Positions 24,980 to 37,182 of a DNA stretch of 64,000 nucleotides are shown here, in pieces. Below the pieces are notes generated by a model, which worked only from the letters and a program-made list of their open reading frames with translations, made no database searches and was not told the origin of the DNA. Location: positions 24,366,001 through 24,430,000 of the forward strand of contig OX597842.1 of the NCBI GenBank assembly GCA_951406725.2, read 5' to 3'. Numbering within the stretch: position 1 is the first letter of the stretch; the number at the start of each line of letters is the position of its first letter. This stretch comes from Octopus vulgaris. Its lineage: Eukaryota. The translations under genes and the position numbers were made by a program.

Positions 24980-25340
24980 AGATCTTTTCCTTTTGAACGG
25001 CAGTTTTTAACAATATTTCTAGTTAACCAAACACTTTAAATCTTCGTATACTGGTAGAATGTATCAAAATAAAACATTTTTTTCTCTTGGCTTTCCTGAG
25101 TAAATTGTAATTTGTAAGTTTAACGTAGTTTATTTTTTGAATTTTAAACAATCCTATGCCCTCTATTGAGCTAAAATTATTTGCTGCGTCTAAAACTGAG
25201 ACAACATCACCCTAACCCTAACCCTAAATTTTAGCCTTTTGTTTTTTTCTTTTATTGTTATCCTTAAATTAATTTAAGGATAACAATAAAAGAAAAAAAC
25301 AAAAGGCTAAAACGAAAGCAAAAACTCAACCAATACAAAA
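24980..25340. mobile_element. Truncated copy of the foldback element 3' of locus D
   Basis: One arm plus an ~85-bp hairpin centred on CCTTAAATTAATTTAAGG (~25270). Confidence 0.7.
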
Positions 25341-26145
25341 CAGTTAGGGTTAGGGGTGGGAAAGGGTATCTTCTTTTCTTCGCAAATGTAAATAAACCCA
25401 ATAAACATATTCATACAGCACAGTATGATTTGATTCCAAATGGACGTATTTGATTGGTAAAAATTGCCGAGATGCTCGATTTTAAAGTGGAAATGGGTTG
25501 ACCGTAATCAGAATTCAATGTTGCATCGATAAACCAAAATTGAAAACGATCTCAGCAAAATTAATGATGGGGAGGGGTCATTTTGCGAATAAGAAAGACT
25601 ATGCCAAAACATTTTAAATCTAGTAGCTATACCATCCGACTCTTTTGCTGGAGAACAAGGATCTTTTCTGTTTGACCGGCAGTTTTTTAAAATAATTTCC
25701 ACGTAACTAAACACTTTTAAACTTCGTATACTGGTAGAATCTCTTATTATAAAAGGCAGATTTTATCTGCCTCCCTTTGGGAGTTATACAAATCTACAAT
25801 ATAGGATTTCTTCAATTACAATTTACCTGGCATTTTTGAGAGTACAATGCATCGCGTCATGCCAGGTCCAGTTTTTAAAATTTAAACTCCAATTAAGCAA
25901 AATTTACAGAAAACTCACTTTCTGGTGTGTGTGTCAAATGCTTTTCTTAGTCTGGTTTACACCACACGCAAACGCACACACACAGTGGGCAACGAATAAA
26001 ATGAAAGTAAATAGCGACAGTGATTTGAGGAAGACTAAAGTGAAAGTATTCTGTCTATGACGCTGATAGATACATGAGTAAAATGTATGGGAAGCTAAGA
26101 GTGAGTGAAAATGTTCTTGGAAGAGAGTAATTAGTAATAAAGTAA

Positions 26146-26189
26146 ACATACATACATACATACATACATACATACATACATACATACAT

Positions 26190-26220
<31 letters not shown>

Positions 26221-26247
26221 TACACACACACATACATACACACACAT

Positions 26248-26278
<31 letters not shown>

Positions 26279-26507
26279 TACATACACACACACATACATA
26301 CATACACACATACATACATATACATACATACATACATATACATACATACATACACACACACATACACACACACACACAGTATTGAAGCTTGAGAACAATC
26401 AGATACATTTGCAACACATCTGTTGAAAATATTATTGTTCACACACATACATATACATATATACATACAGACAGACAGACAGATAGACACACACACACAC
26501 ACACACA
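26146..26507. repeat. (TACA)n/(CA)n/(CAGA)n compound microsatellite
   Basis: Directly visible. Confidence 0.95.
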
Positions 26508-26539
26508 TGATCCAGCATGGCCACAACCTCAAGGCTGAA

Positions 26540-26925
26540 ACATATAAAACAATAACAGAATATAAATGTGTGCAAAGTACAAGAAATATTAATGCAGTAT
26601 ATGGGGATTGGACAATAAGCGTAAGGCAGTGTCAATGGTGGTTCCAGAAATCCCGAGCCATAAACTACAGCCTAGAAGACGAGCCTCATCCTGAAAGATC
26701 TGTAGAACTCGACAAGGACATCCTGAAAACCCTGGTGGAACAAAATATCATCGTAACTGTTGAGGAACTAGCAGAGAAGCTTGGATTTGGTCATTCAACC
26801 ATTCATTGAGACCTGTGTGCTATCGGAAAAGTCAGCAAATTGGGTCAATGGGTTCCTCACGAACTTTCCGAGTCTAATTGCATGCAGAGAGTGAATGTAT
26901 GCTTTTCTTTGCTGTCATATCTCAC
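26540..26925 (+). mobile_element. Mariner transposase N-terminal fragment (degenerate)
   Basis: RNINAVYG...SVRQCQWWFQK......LEDEP...VTVEELAEKLG..HSTI, followed by IGKVSKLGQWVPHEL (mariner WVPHEL motif). Confidence 0.85.
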
Positions 26926-27984
26926 CACTACTGCGCTATGTATATCTATATATATAAAACTGTAGTTGTGTGAGTGTCTGTCCCCTTCAATTTAGATTCC
27001 TAACTACTCCCACATTTTGCGGTACAGTTTAACCAAATTCGGGTAGCTTATAGTCGTGATTCATATCGAGCCCGTCTGAATATTAGCGCGCGTCTACGAT
27101 GAGTCTACGATTTTAAAAATAATTTAACATCATTTTTTATTCCATTTTAATGCATAATTTTTCGTGTGTCGATGGCGGCGGAGTTGGCGTCCACGCTCAC
27201 ACCTGCACCTGCGGGGAAGGAAGTGTAAGGAAATCAACGTCGTAATGCGTTGTCAAGGAGACCAGTGTTCTTTTAGAACAACGACTTCATGGCTTGAAGA
27301 CACCAAAACAGAAATAGCTAAGAAAGCGTCTACATGAGTCTACGATTTTAAAAAAATTTTACCATCGTTTTTTTTCCATTTTAATGCATTTTTTCGCTAT
27401 TATATAAGGGAAGTAACTCTCTAAAAATGTCTACAATGAGTCAACGATTTAAAAAAAAATTTACCATCCTATTTTTTCCATTTTTAAGGCATTTTTTGCT
27501 ATTTTTTGGCTATAACTCTCTAAAAATGCTTATATAGTTATTTCCCTTACAAACCCGAGCAACGCCGGGCGATACTGCTAGTGTGTTTATAAAACATCTT
27601 TTTCTCTTGGCTTTATTGAGAAAATTCTGTAGTTTGTAAGATATTTGTTGTTTTTTTTTCTTCAATTTCTGCAATTTCAACCAATCAGTGACGTCTATTG
27701 AGGTGAAAACATTCTGTGCCGTATGAATATGTCCCTCGTTTAAGAAACAGATTGGGTTTATTTACATTTCTGAAGAAAAAAAGATACTCCTAACCCTAAC
27801 CCTAAAACAGATTGAAATGCAATAGATCGATACTAGGGTCATAATTGTGGGTGACAATTTCATATGATACCGCTAGAAAAAGCTGCCGTTCAAACGGAAA
27901 AGATCCGATGGGAGTAAGACACACATGTCTGTTCCCCACACCCACCACTATCTGACAAGTCGTGTTGCTTTCTTTGACATTGTG

Positions 27985-28232
27985 GTTCGGTACGCGGAGG
28001 ACGTAAAAGTAGCAATAAAAATGTCAGCTTCTAGCTTTGTATCATTTGTTATTATTCGGATTTTTTCTTACAATTCACATTTTCAAAAATTTACCACTTT
28101 ACTTTTAGCATCAGACAAGAGTGTTATTAATACGGGAAGCACAACAACCGGATTCTTAATTCGTTTCGTTGACGTTCCGTGTCGGCTTTTCGATGTGTCT
28201 TCTTCGCTAGATCGCTTATTTGTGTAATTAAA
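27985..28232 (+). promoter_or_regulatory. Putative promoter and 5' half of exon 1 of locus E (3' half and donor GAG|GTAAGA at 34362-34380)
   Basis: CGTAAAAGTAGCAA and TCGTTTCGTTGACGTTCCGTGTCGGCTTTT blocks; homology to the paralogs resumes directly after the Helitron. Confidence 0.65.
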
Positions 28233-31200
28233 TCTCTCTATATATAAACGGCAGTTTGTCTGTCTGTGTGTCTGTCAGGTTGTACCCTCACCCTGACCAC
28301 GGCTTTCAAACGATTCTGATGAAACTTGACACACACATAGCCCAATGTCATAATTCAAAACTAACGCAGCGAAAATTTTGAAAAGTTCCCCCAGTTCTGA
28401 AAAAAATTGATAAATTCGACATGGGGTCGAGAATCAGAAACACAAACCACAGACTGTCTAGGGGACGCAACTCAGCCTTTTTAACTCTGACCATCAATAA
28501 ATCCCAAGGCCAAACGCTACAAGTCGCTGGGTTACAGTTGGGCGAACAGTGCTTCGGCCACGGTCAACTCTACGTGGGCTGTTCACGCGTTGGGAGGCGC
28601 AATGATGTTTTCATGTTTTCGCCCAAACGGACAGCTAGGAACATCGTATACACAGACGTATTCGAGTGAAGACAAGACATTGCAACCTACAAAATCGATA
28701 ACCTCGGCATGGGGTCGAGAATCTAAGCTTTTTATATGCAACACATTATCTATGGTAGTTTTCGCAACTTGCAATCGATTTTCACAGAACTCATGGGGAA
28801 GCTTAATGTTACCCTAAGAAACTCAATTCTGACGTTAGTTTTCCATGCAATACCTTACCATCAGAAACAATCGATAAAATCATGCCATTTTGGGAAATCG
28901 CGTTCAAATTCAAGATGACATATTTTTGACAATATCTTTCACAAATTGGCAGAAATTTCTTTTTTTATTCACAGCGAGCATCATGTCTGCTCCAAGGAGC
29001 TATATAGCCCTTTTTATTCCAATAGGATACATTATTGGAAAAAATCGGTTAATTAAATCATGTGTGGCACACATAGCAAACTGATTTGTGTATTAAACAC
29101 AAACCAGACTGTCTAGGGGACGCAACTCGACCTTTTTAGCTATCGATAATTCGATCCAACCAATTCCTACCAGGAAGAAATTACATTCGAGACTTCACCC
29201 CCAACACTTCTGCTAATAGCTGCTGCAGGCGCAAGTTATTCGAATACTTTTTTTGTTTACACTTTCTTTATAACTACCACCCCAAACGTTTTACCTTAAA
29301 TTTTTGACGTACCCTAAGGGTCCTCGGACACTACTTGCAAACTCTTGGTTTATTACAAACCGCTTTTGTCGTGTGCATCAAAAAACCTTTTCCATTCGTT
29401 TGTTCAGTTTTGTCACTTTTGACTTTTTCGCTGTTGTCACTCACATTGCTGCCCGCTTTTTTGCCGTTTTTGTACATTTTTATACATTTTGGGATACTTA
29501 CCCCACAAGCTCCTTTTTATTACACCTTTACCAAACACATTGCTATCCACCAAAATACTTACCTCACGTGTTCCTTTTTATTACACCTTTGCCAAACACA
29601 TTGCTATCCACCAAAATGCCACCCAAGAAGAGAAGGACCCTCCTCAGCCCTCGGACGGCCAAGGCATCAGCTGCTAGGGCTAGAAGGGCATGCGAGACCC
29701 ACGAGGAAACCGCCTTGCGCCTCTCGCAAAAAGCTTCCCGTTCTGCCGCTGCTCAGGCATCTGAAACTACTAGCGACCATTCTACCCGACTTGCAAGGGT
29801 CGCAGCGTACAGATCTTCCCTCCGCTCAAGGTTGACGAAAGAGCAACAGTCCAGCCAAAACATGCGGGCTTCTTCCTGTGCTTCCATCCGCAGAGCTCGC
29901 GAGAACCCCGAACAAAGGGCCATTCGGAATGCGGCTAACGCCACTAGCACCGCCAGGACACAATCTGTCGAAACCTCACAGCAGAGGAGAACTCGCCAAG
30001 ATGCTGACGCCGCAAACAAAGCCATGGCCCAATCTGCCGAAACACCTCAACAGAGGAGAGCTCGCCAAGCTGCAAACACAGCCATGGCTCGATCTGCCGA
30101 AACTCCACACCAACGAACTATTCGGATATCCAGAAATGCCATTAACATTGCTTCTGCTAGGGCTTCAGAGGGTGCTGAGGCGAGAGCTGAAAGGCTTTCA
30201 AGGGATGCCACTGCTACCGCTGTCGCACGTGCATCTGAATCTGCTGAGGCACGGTGCACTCGACTTGAGAGTATCAACAAACGTCGGGATATCATTCGTG
30301 GTGTACGTACCCCTGCCCCCCGTCACAATTCCTTGAAATAATTCGAAAGTACAACTGCTCATTCCAAATGACCTCTTTCGGGGCCTAAATTCCTCCCAGA
30401 GAAGGCTGGATGCCTACTTTCAAAGTGCAGGGACAGGTCTACCATCTTATTGGGTCACTTCTGCCAGACGAGATTCAGCAGTCTTCTTTCTTCCAAATCT
30501 ACTTCATTGCCGACTACAACCAGCAGGTTGATGCACGCCTTGGAATAACACCGGGTACATGCTATGTTCCCCGCAAAGACGTTCTTCTCCGTCTCCAAAC
30601 CATGCTTCATGATATCAACAGCTACGTCTGCAGCTTCAGGTATGCCTTGGACAGTGCTCCGTCTCCAAACTTTACCGTTGTCATTGATGCTGATAAACGA
30701 CCCCACCGGGAGCATGAACGCCGTTTCAACGCACCTGCGTGCAACGAAATTGTCGCAGTCATACATGGAGAGCAACACAACAGCCGTGACATAATCATCT
30801 CCTCCCGTGGTAACAGCCTACGCAGGATCAGTGAGATTCACAGATCTTATGACGCGCTTCAGTATCCATTGCTTTTCCCTTATGGGGAAGACGGTTACCA
30901 CTTCGGAATTCCTTTACGGCAGCCCTCCAATCAAACTACTGCGGCATCAAAGACGGTTTCCTGCAGGGCGTTCTACTCATATCGGTTCATGGTCAGGGAG
31001 GGTGAGTTCAGCTTATTGCCCCGTTGTCGTCAGCTATTCAACCAGTTCGCCGTCGACATGGCCGCCAAAATGGAATCGGAAAGGCTGCTATACATTAAAC
31101 TTAATCAGACCAAACTTCGCTCCGATTCCTACATTCATCTCCGTGATGGCTTGCAACAAGAAAATGACCCTCGCAACATCGGCAAGCCATGCATTCTACC

Positions 31201-34200
31201 CTCCACCTTCACGGGAGGACCGCGATATATGCGTGAAAGGACCCAAGACGCCTTGACCTACGTACGCATTTACGGCAGGCTGGACCTCTTTATCACCTAC
31301 ACGTGCAATCCCAGCTGCGACGGAATCACTCGCGAACTCCTCCCGGGTCAATCTCACACCCATCGACACGACATCGTTGCTAGGGTTTTCCGTCTGAATT
31401 TGGGCAAAATGAAGGATTTGATAGTTAAGGGTCAGATTTTCGGGCACGTCAGGTGCCACATGTTTTCGGTCGAGTGGCAAAAGAGGGGCTTTCCACATGC
31501 TCACATCTTAATTTGGCTAACTCATAAAATCGAGACTAATGACATTGACAAATTCATTTCCGCCGAGATTCCTGACCCCGAACTGTACGAAATTGTCCGT
31601 ACTACCATGGTACACGGGCCCTGTGGACCAAATTACGCCAACACACCATGCTGCAAAAACGGATTAGCCTGCTCAAAGGGATTCCCTAAATGGTTCACTT
31701 TGGAGGCTCAAACAGGCGGCAATGGGTATCCGCTGTACAAACGAAGGAGTCCAGCCAATGGAGGCCGCACGATTACGGTTGGGCGACATCAAGTGGACAA
31801 CAGCTACATTGTCCCCTACTGTCCGCTCCTGTCGAAGATATTCAAAGCCCACGTCAACGTTGAGTTCTGCAGCTCCATCAGGTCAATACAATATGTCTGC
31901 AAATATATCAACAAAGGCAGCGATGCTGCCATGTTCAGCATCCAGAGGACCACCAGTCGCGACGAAGTGTCCAATTACTTGGCTGGCCGGTACCTCAGCA
32001 GCAACGAAGCGTTTTGGCGCATTTACGGCTTCCCGCTCCATCAGAGACACCCGGCTGTGGTGCAGCTTGCTGTACACTTGGAAAATGGACAGCGGATTTA
32101 CTTCACAGAGCAAAGTGCTGTGCAGATAGCCACCAGCCCTAAAGACACAACGTTGACTGGTTTCTTCAAATTATGCCAACGTGATGACTTCGCTCGAACG
32201 CTTTTGTACCCACAGGTCCCATCGTACTTCGTGTGGTCTAAAAACACCTGGGTTCGACGGAAATCCGGCAAAAACGTCGAAGGCTTCCCAGGCGTCAAGT
32301 TTGACTCCTGCCTGGGTCGAGTTTACAACATCCCGCCAAACCAGCAAGAATGCTTCTACCTCCGTCTCCTTCTAGATGAGGTCACTGGTCCGACAGGTTT
32401 CGGCAATATACGTACCGTCAATGGGGTTCTGTGCGACACCTTCAGGGAAGCATGTATGAGACTTGGCCTTCTAGAGGATGACTCCCAGTGAGACGCCACA
32501 ATAGCAGAGGGCGCTTTATTGCAAACGCCTTCGGCCCTACGACATCTTTTCGCAATCCTTCTTCAAAAATGTCAGCTTAGTGACCCACTAAGTCTCTGGA
32601 TGAAATACAGGGATAACATGTCGCACGACTTCTTACGTACGGCTCAGCAACACTGCCCTTCCGCCGAGATCACGTTCACCAACTTCATTTACAATTTTGC
32701 GCTCATTCAACTCGAAGACGCTGTCATCGATATGGGTGGGTCTGCTTTAACAGAGTACGGCCTTCCACCACCCACACGTGAACACGCCAATGTTATGTCT
32801 GCTGAATTGTTACGCGAAACTTCCTACTGCATTGAGGAACTGCACCAGTACGTCCAAGATAATGAACCACGACTGCTTCCAGACCAGCGCATAGCCTACA
32901 ACACCATTGTAGACTCTGTCAGACAGCAACGTGGGGGGATTTTCTTCCTTGATGCACCCGGCGGCACTGGCAAACCTTCGTCACTAAACTAATTCTGGCG
33001 GAGGTCAGACGCAACACGGACATTGCCCTGGCTGTAGCTTCCTCTGGTATCGCGGCCACGTTGCTTCCGGGTGGCAGAACCGCCCACTCTGCCTTCAGAC
33101 TCCCGCTCGATCTGGCAAAGTCCGAGTCACCTATTTGCAACATCGCCAAGAACTCAGAACAGGCCGACATTCTGCGCAGATGCAAACTCATCGTATGGGA
33201 CGAGTGCACTATGGCACACAAAGGCGCCCTTGAGGCACTGGACAGGTCCCTGCAAGACATCAGAGACTCTACGGCCCCCATGGGAGGATTAACTTTACTT
33301 CTTTCAGGAGACTTCAGGCAGACTCTACCTGTTATTCCAAAAGGAACCCGTGCCGATGCCGTGCGCGCGTGCCTTAAGTCGTCAGCTCTTTGGGCACATG
33401 TGCGGCCCTTGCACCTCCAAACTAACATGCGCGCGCAGTTGATTGGTGACAGCGGATCCGCTGCATTCTCCAGGGACCTCTTATCACTCGGTGAAAATAG
33501 GATGCTGGCTGATGCGGATGGCTGCGTTCAATTGGACTCACTTTGCACCATTGTCGACACCCCTGCTAGCCTCCGGGACGCTGTCTTCCACGACCTACAA
33601 AACAATTTACGCGACCTAAAATGGCTGGCAGGCAGAGCTATTCACGCACCCAAAAATACAACCGTCAACTCTATCAATATCCAGCTACTTGAAGCTATTC
33701 CTGGTGATGTCCACGTCTACAAATCTATTGATCGGACAGCAGACCCCGCCGAGCTTGCCGATTATCCTGTTGAATTCCTGAATTCACTTGAACCGCCAGG
33801 CCTGCCGCCACACATCCTGAAGTTAAAAGTCGGTGCGCCCGTTATGCTCATCAGGAATTTGGTTCCACCTAAACAGTGCAACGGCACACGTTTGGTTGTG
33901 AAACATTTGGCACCACATTTAATAACGGCCACAATACTTACCGGTTGTGGGAAGGGAGAGGATGTCTTCATTCCACGGATGCACCTTCAACAGTCGGGCG
34001 CTGACCTACCAATCCACTTCAGGCGTTCTCAGTTTCCTGTTAAACTCTGCTTCGCAATGTCCATCAATAAATCCCAAGGCCAAACGCTACAAGTCGCTGG
34101 GTTACATTTGGGCGAACAGTGCTTCGCCCACGGTCAACTCTACGTGGGCTATTCACGCGTTGGGAGGCGCAATGATGTTTTCATGTTTTCGGCCAAAGGG

Positions 34201-34361
34201 ACAGCTAGGAACATCGTATACACAGAAGTATTCGAGTGAAGACAAGACATTGCAACGTCCACTTGCACCTTCGTTCCCTGGAGGGAAAGGACTACATTGG
34301 GATTAGTCGTTGCCTACTAGGGGCTCTTACATACCCGGGCAATGCCGGGCTATGCTGCTAG
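28233..34361 (+). mobile_element. Near full-length Helitron (defective RepHel)
   Basis: A|TC 5' end, CCCGGGCAATGCCGGG hairpin and CTAG|T 3' end, no TSD, Rep and PIF1-like helicase coding inside. Confidence 0.93.
29616..34239 (+). pseudogene. Helitron Rep/helicase gene, disrupted
   Basis: Arg/Ala-rich N-terminus (MPPKKR...); Rep motifs FITYTCNP, VEWQKRGFPHAHIL, YVCKYINK; helicase motifs DAPGGTGK, GGRTAHS, IVWDE, GDFRQ, FAMSINKSQGQT. Stops near 30340, 30385 and 32489-32491; 1-bp frameshift after GGTGK (~32975); the Cys-rich segment appears deleted near 30340. Confidence 0.9.
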
Positions 34362-34929
34362 TATATTATAAGAGGTAAGATGTAACACATATTTTCTTTT
34401 TAGTAAAAGCCTATGTATCTGGCTAATTGGAAACAGCAGGCAGTTTTGAAAGTTTTAAATACTGCTTGTCTGAAATCGATATTAATTCTATTGTCCAGTA
34501 AACTTCGTAAATTATGCCTAGAAAATCTGGATTTTACTTGTGGCCATGAAAAAGCATCAGATTTTTAATTACAATTATTTTAATAAATACTTCATTATTT
34601 TAGTAGATATTTCAGTGTTTTCATTTCAAGTTTTAATTTGGAAAACTGACAGTTCATTCTATTAAAAAACTGGTATAATTTTAGTAAAAAATAAAATTAA
34701 GAAGTGATTTTGTTATGGTTATCTGGATTGCTATAACCTTTAGAATAATACCTATCCAAACCGATTTTGGACATTTTCTTTTTTAACTTAAAAACCACGG
34801 GAGGGGCCTTTTCGGTTAAAATAAAACAAGTAAATATTTTCAGAGGAAAAGGTGAACAATTCAAGGGATGTTTTGCTGGTGTTTCTAGCAGAACCCAAAC
34901 CACCCTCCCATTTCACTCTCACATGTATT

Positions 34930-35320
34930 ATCTTTTTCTTACTTGTTTCAGTCATTTTGACTGCGGCCATGCTGGAGCACTGCCTTTAATCGAGCAACTC
35001 TATCCCAGGACTTACTCTTTGTAAGCCCAGTTCCTATTGTATCGGTCTCTTTTGCCGAACTGCTAAGTGACGGGAACATAAACACACCAGCTTCGGTTGT
35101 CAAGCAATGCTAGGGGGACAAACACAGACACACAAACATATACACACACATACATATATAGGACAGGCTTCTTTCAGTTTCCGTCTACCAAATTCACTCA
35201 CAAGGCATTGGTCGGCCCGAGGATATAGCAGAAGACACTTGCCCAAGGTGCCACGCAATGGGTCTGAACCCGGAACCATGTGGTTGGTAAACAAGCTACT
35301 TACCACACAGCCACTCCTGT
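34930..35320 (-). mobile_element. tRNA-derived SINE
   Basis: Reverse complement of the 9480 family. Confidence 0.8.
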
Positions 35321-35373
35321 GTGTTGATGTTTTTTTTTAAAATATTTTTCTCCTATTATATTTTATGGAATGA

Positions 35374-36560
35374 CTAGCAGAGATACCCGGCGTTGCTCAG
35401 TATTAAAAGGTCATAATTTGTGTTTATATATATTACAGTTATGTTGAAACAGGTGATATAGGAAAGTGCAGCATTGATGACAAATCATTTGTGGAGTAAA
35501 TGATGGGCTAATTGGACTAAGCGACTTGTCATTTGCCCGAGTATTCCTTGCCCTAACCAGTCATGGAAAATTGGGGGTGGAGGGTATGTGGTTTTTGAAT
35601 GCACCGAAAAGCTGTCGGTGGATATGTTTTCCTTTCTGGCATCTAACATGACCCATCGTCTGAAGTTTTGACACCTCCTTTGGGTTTATTGTCCTACATC
35701 ACTCATGAAGTAAATTTTGAGGACCTGTGACACATAAAAGCACCAACCGACCGTGGCCATTTGCCAGCCTCCTCTGGCCGGTGGCACGAAAAAAGCACCC
35801 ACTATACTCACGGAGTGGTTGGCGTTAGGAAGTGCATCCACCTGTAGAAACACTGCCAGATCAGACTGGGGCCTGGTGCAGCCTCGTGGTTTCCCAGATC
35901 CTGGTTGAACCATTCAACCCATGCTAGCATGGAAAACGGATGTTAAACGATGATGATGAAGATGTGGTTGGTTGTTCATTTGTGGGTAACAGGGAACCAT
36001 TGAGGTGACAGACTTGCCCTTCGACTGTGAATGTCAGTGTAAATCCATGTTCAACTATCTCCTTAGATGCACCAAACAATGTCATTTGTGATGCAGGATT
36101 GTCTGATATTGTTCAGGAAATCCTTTGACTGGATGGAAGTACCTTCCAGAAGAGGTTGAGAAGGAGCTGGTAGTGCTGGCAATATTACCTTACTGCCTGG
36201 GCATTGCATGCCATTAGTTTCATTTGGAAATTTTAAAGCTTTACAGAAACAACGATTTGAGTTTAGCACACTAATTTGGACAAAATTATCATTTTCATAA
36301 AAATGGGATGGATTATATCTGAAAGCAGCTCCAGGATTTGTGAAGAACGCATTTATACATAGTCTGTTTGTGAGAGCTATTCTATTGGACCACTGTCTAA
36401 TCATTAAAATGTTTTAATGGCTAAGCATTAAATGCTGCAGCATGTGTTTGCTGATCTTGCAAAAGTCTCATCTCCCTTCTGTATTGAGACTCCATCTGAC
36501 GTGCTGCGGCTTGCCTTTGCTCATCTTGAGAAAGTCCCATCTTGCTTCTGTCTTAAGAAG
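35374..36560 (-). mobile_element. Old degenerate Helitron remnant in intron 1 of E, interrupted by a SINE at ~35728-35962
   Basis: Minus-strand 3' end ...GCAACGCCGGGTATCTCTGCTAG; translation CKALKFPNETNGM...KVILP...FLNNIR...QMTLFG...FTVEGQVCHLNGSL resembles the RepHel N-terminal region. Confidence 0.7.
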
Positions 36561-37182
36561 CAAGATGGAAATATTGTCCAATAATATGTAATTTAATGTT
36601 TTACATAATATCTGAAGGAAGAGGAGCTGAAGTCTGTGTATATGTAGACATTACACAAGGTTATATCATATAATTTCAATAACAGAATATATTTCAAAGA
36701 CAACTTAAAGGATTATATCCACAGTTTATGATTATGAAAATGTAATTATATTTTCTATTGTTGAATCTCTGCTTTTTAAGTCTTTCCTATATCTTCTACT
36801 GTTTCTGTATCATTTCAGAATATGAGATGTTAGTGGTATAAAGGAGTTTTTACATCAGATAAATCAGGAATATTGATCATCACTTGAAGACTAATGGAAG
36901 ATGTTATAAATAATACATATAACCACGTTTATATAATTTATCTATGGTGAAGAACTGTGAAAAATTCCATCTGAATTAATAGCAACATTTGTTTCCATCA
37001 TTGCCTGGAATTTCCCATTCAGTCTGAACTTGGAAAAATCTGCAAAGGTGTTTCTATTACCTTTAGCTATTGACAAAGACCAGACTTGTGGAAAATATAA
37101 CTAGAGAAGTATTTGAATCAACAAAGGAATATATAAGAAGAACAGGAAAATATATTTTGTGCTTGTATACTATAGAACAATA

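Larger units (their letters stand above)
25740..27581 (+). mobile_element. Composite non-autonomous Helitron
   Basis: A|TCTCTTATTATAAAAGG 5' end; CCCGAGCAACGCCGGG hairpin + CTAG|T 3' end; no TSD; second internal 5' end TCTATATATATAAAA at 26945. Confidence 0.8.
25659..27906. mobile_element. GGATCTTTTC-family MITE split by a Helitron insertion
   Basis: 25659-25739 joined to 27582-27906 restores CTGGTAGAA|TGTGTTTATAAAAC as in other copies; both TIRs are present. Confidence 0.8.

Noticed and set aside
25209-25227. Telomere or telomere-fusion site
   Set aside because: Only 2-3 CCCTAA units, internal to a MITE family.
25934-26532. CVCMYV-rich ORFs
   Set aside because: Translations of (CA)n/(TACA)n microsatellites.
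26423-26809. SETMAR-like domesticated gene
   Set aside because: Only a stop-containing mariner N-terminal fragment; no SET domain or catalytic core.
30410-34239. Active autonomous Helitron or host PIF1 gene
   Set aside because: In-frame stops, a frameshift just after Walker A and an internal deletion; bounded by Helitron termini.
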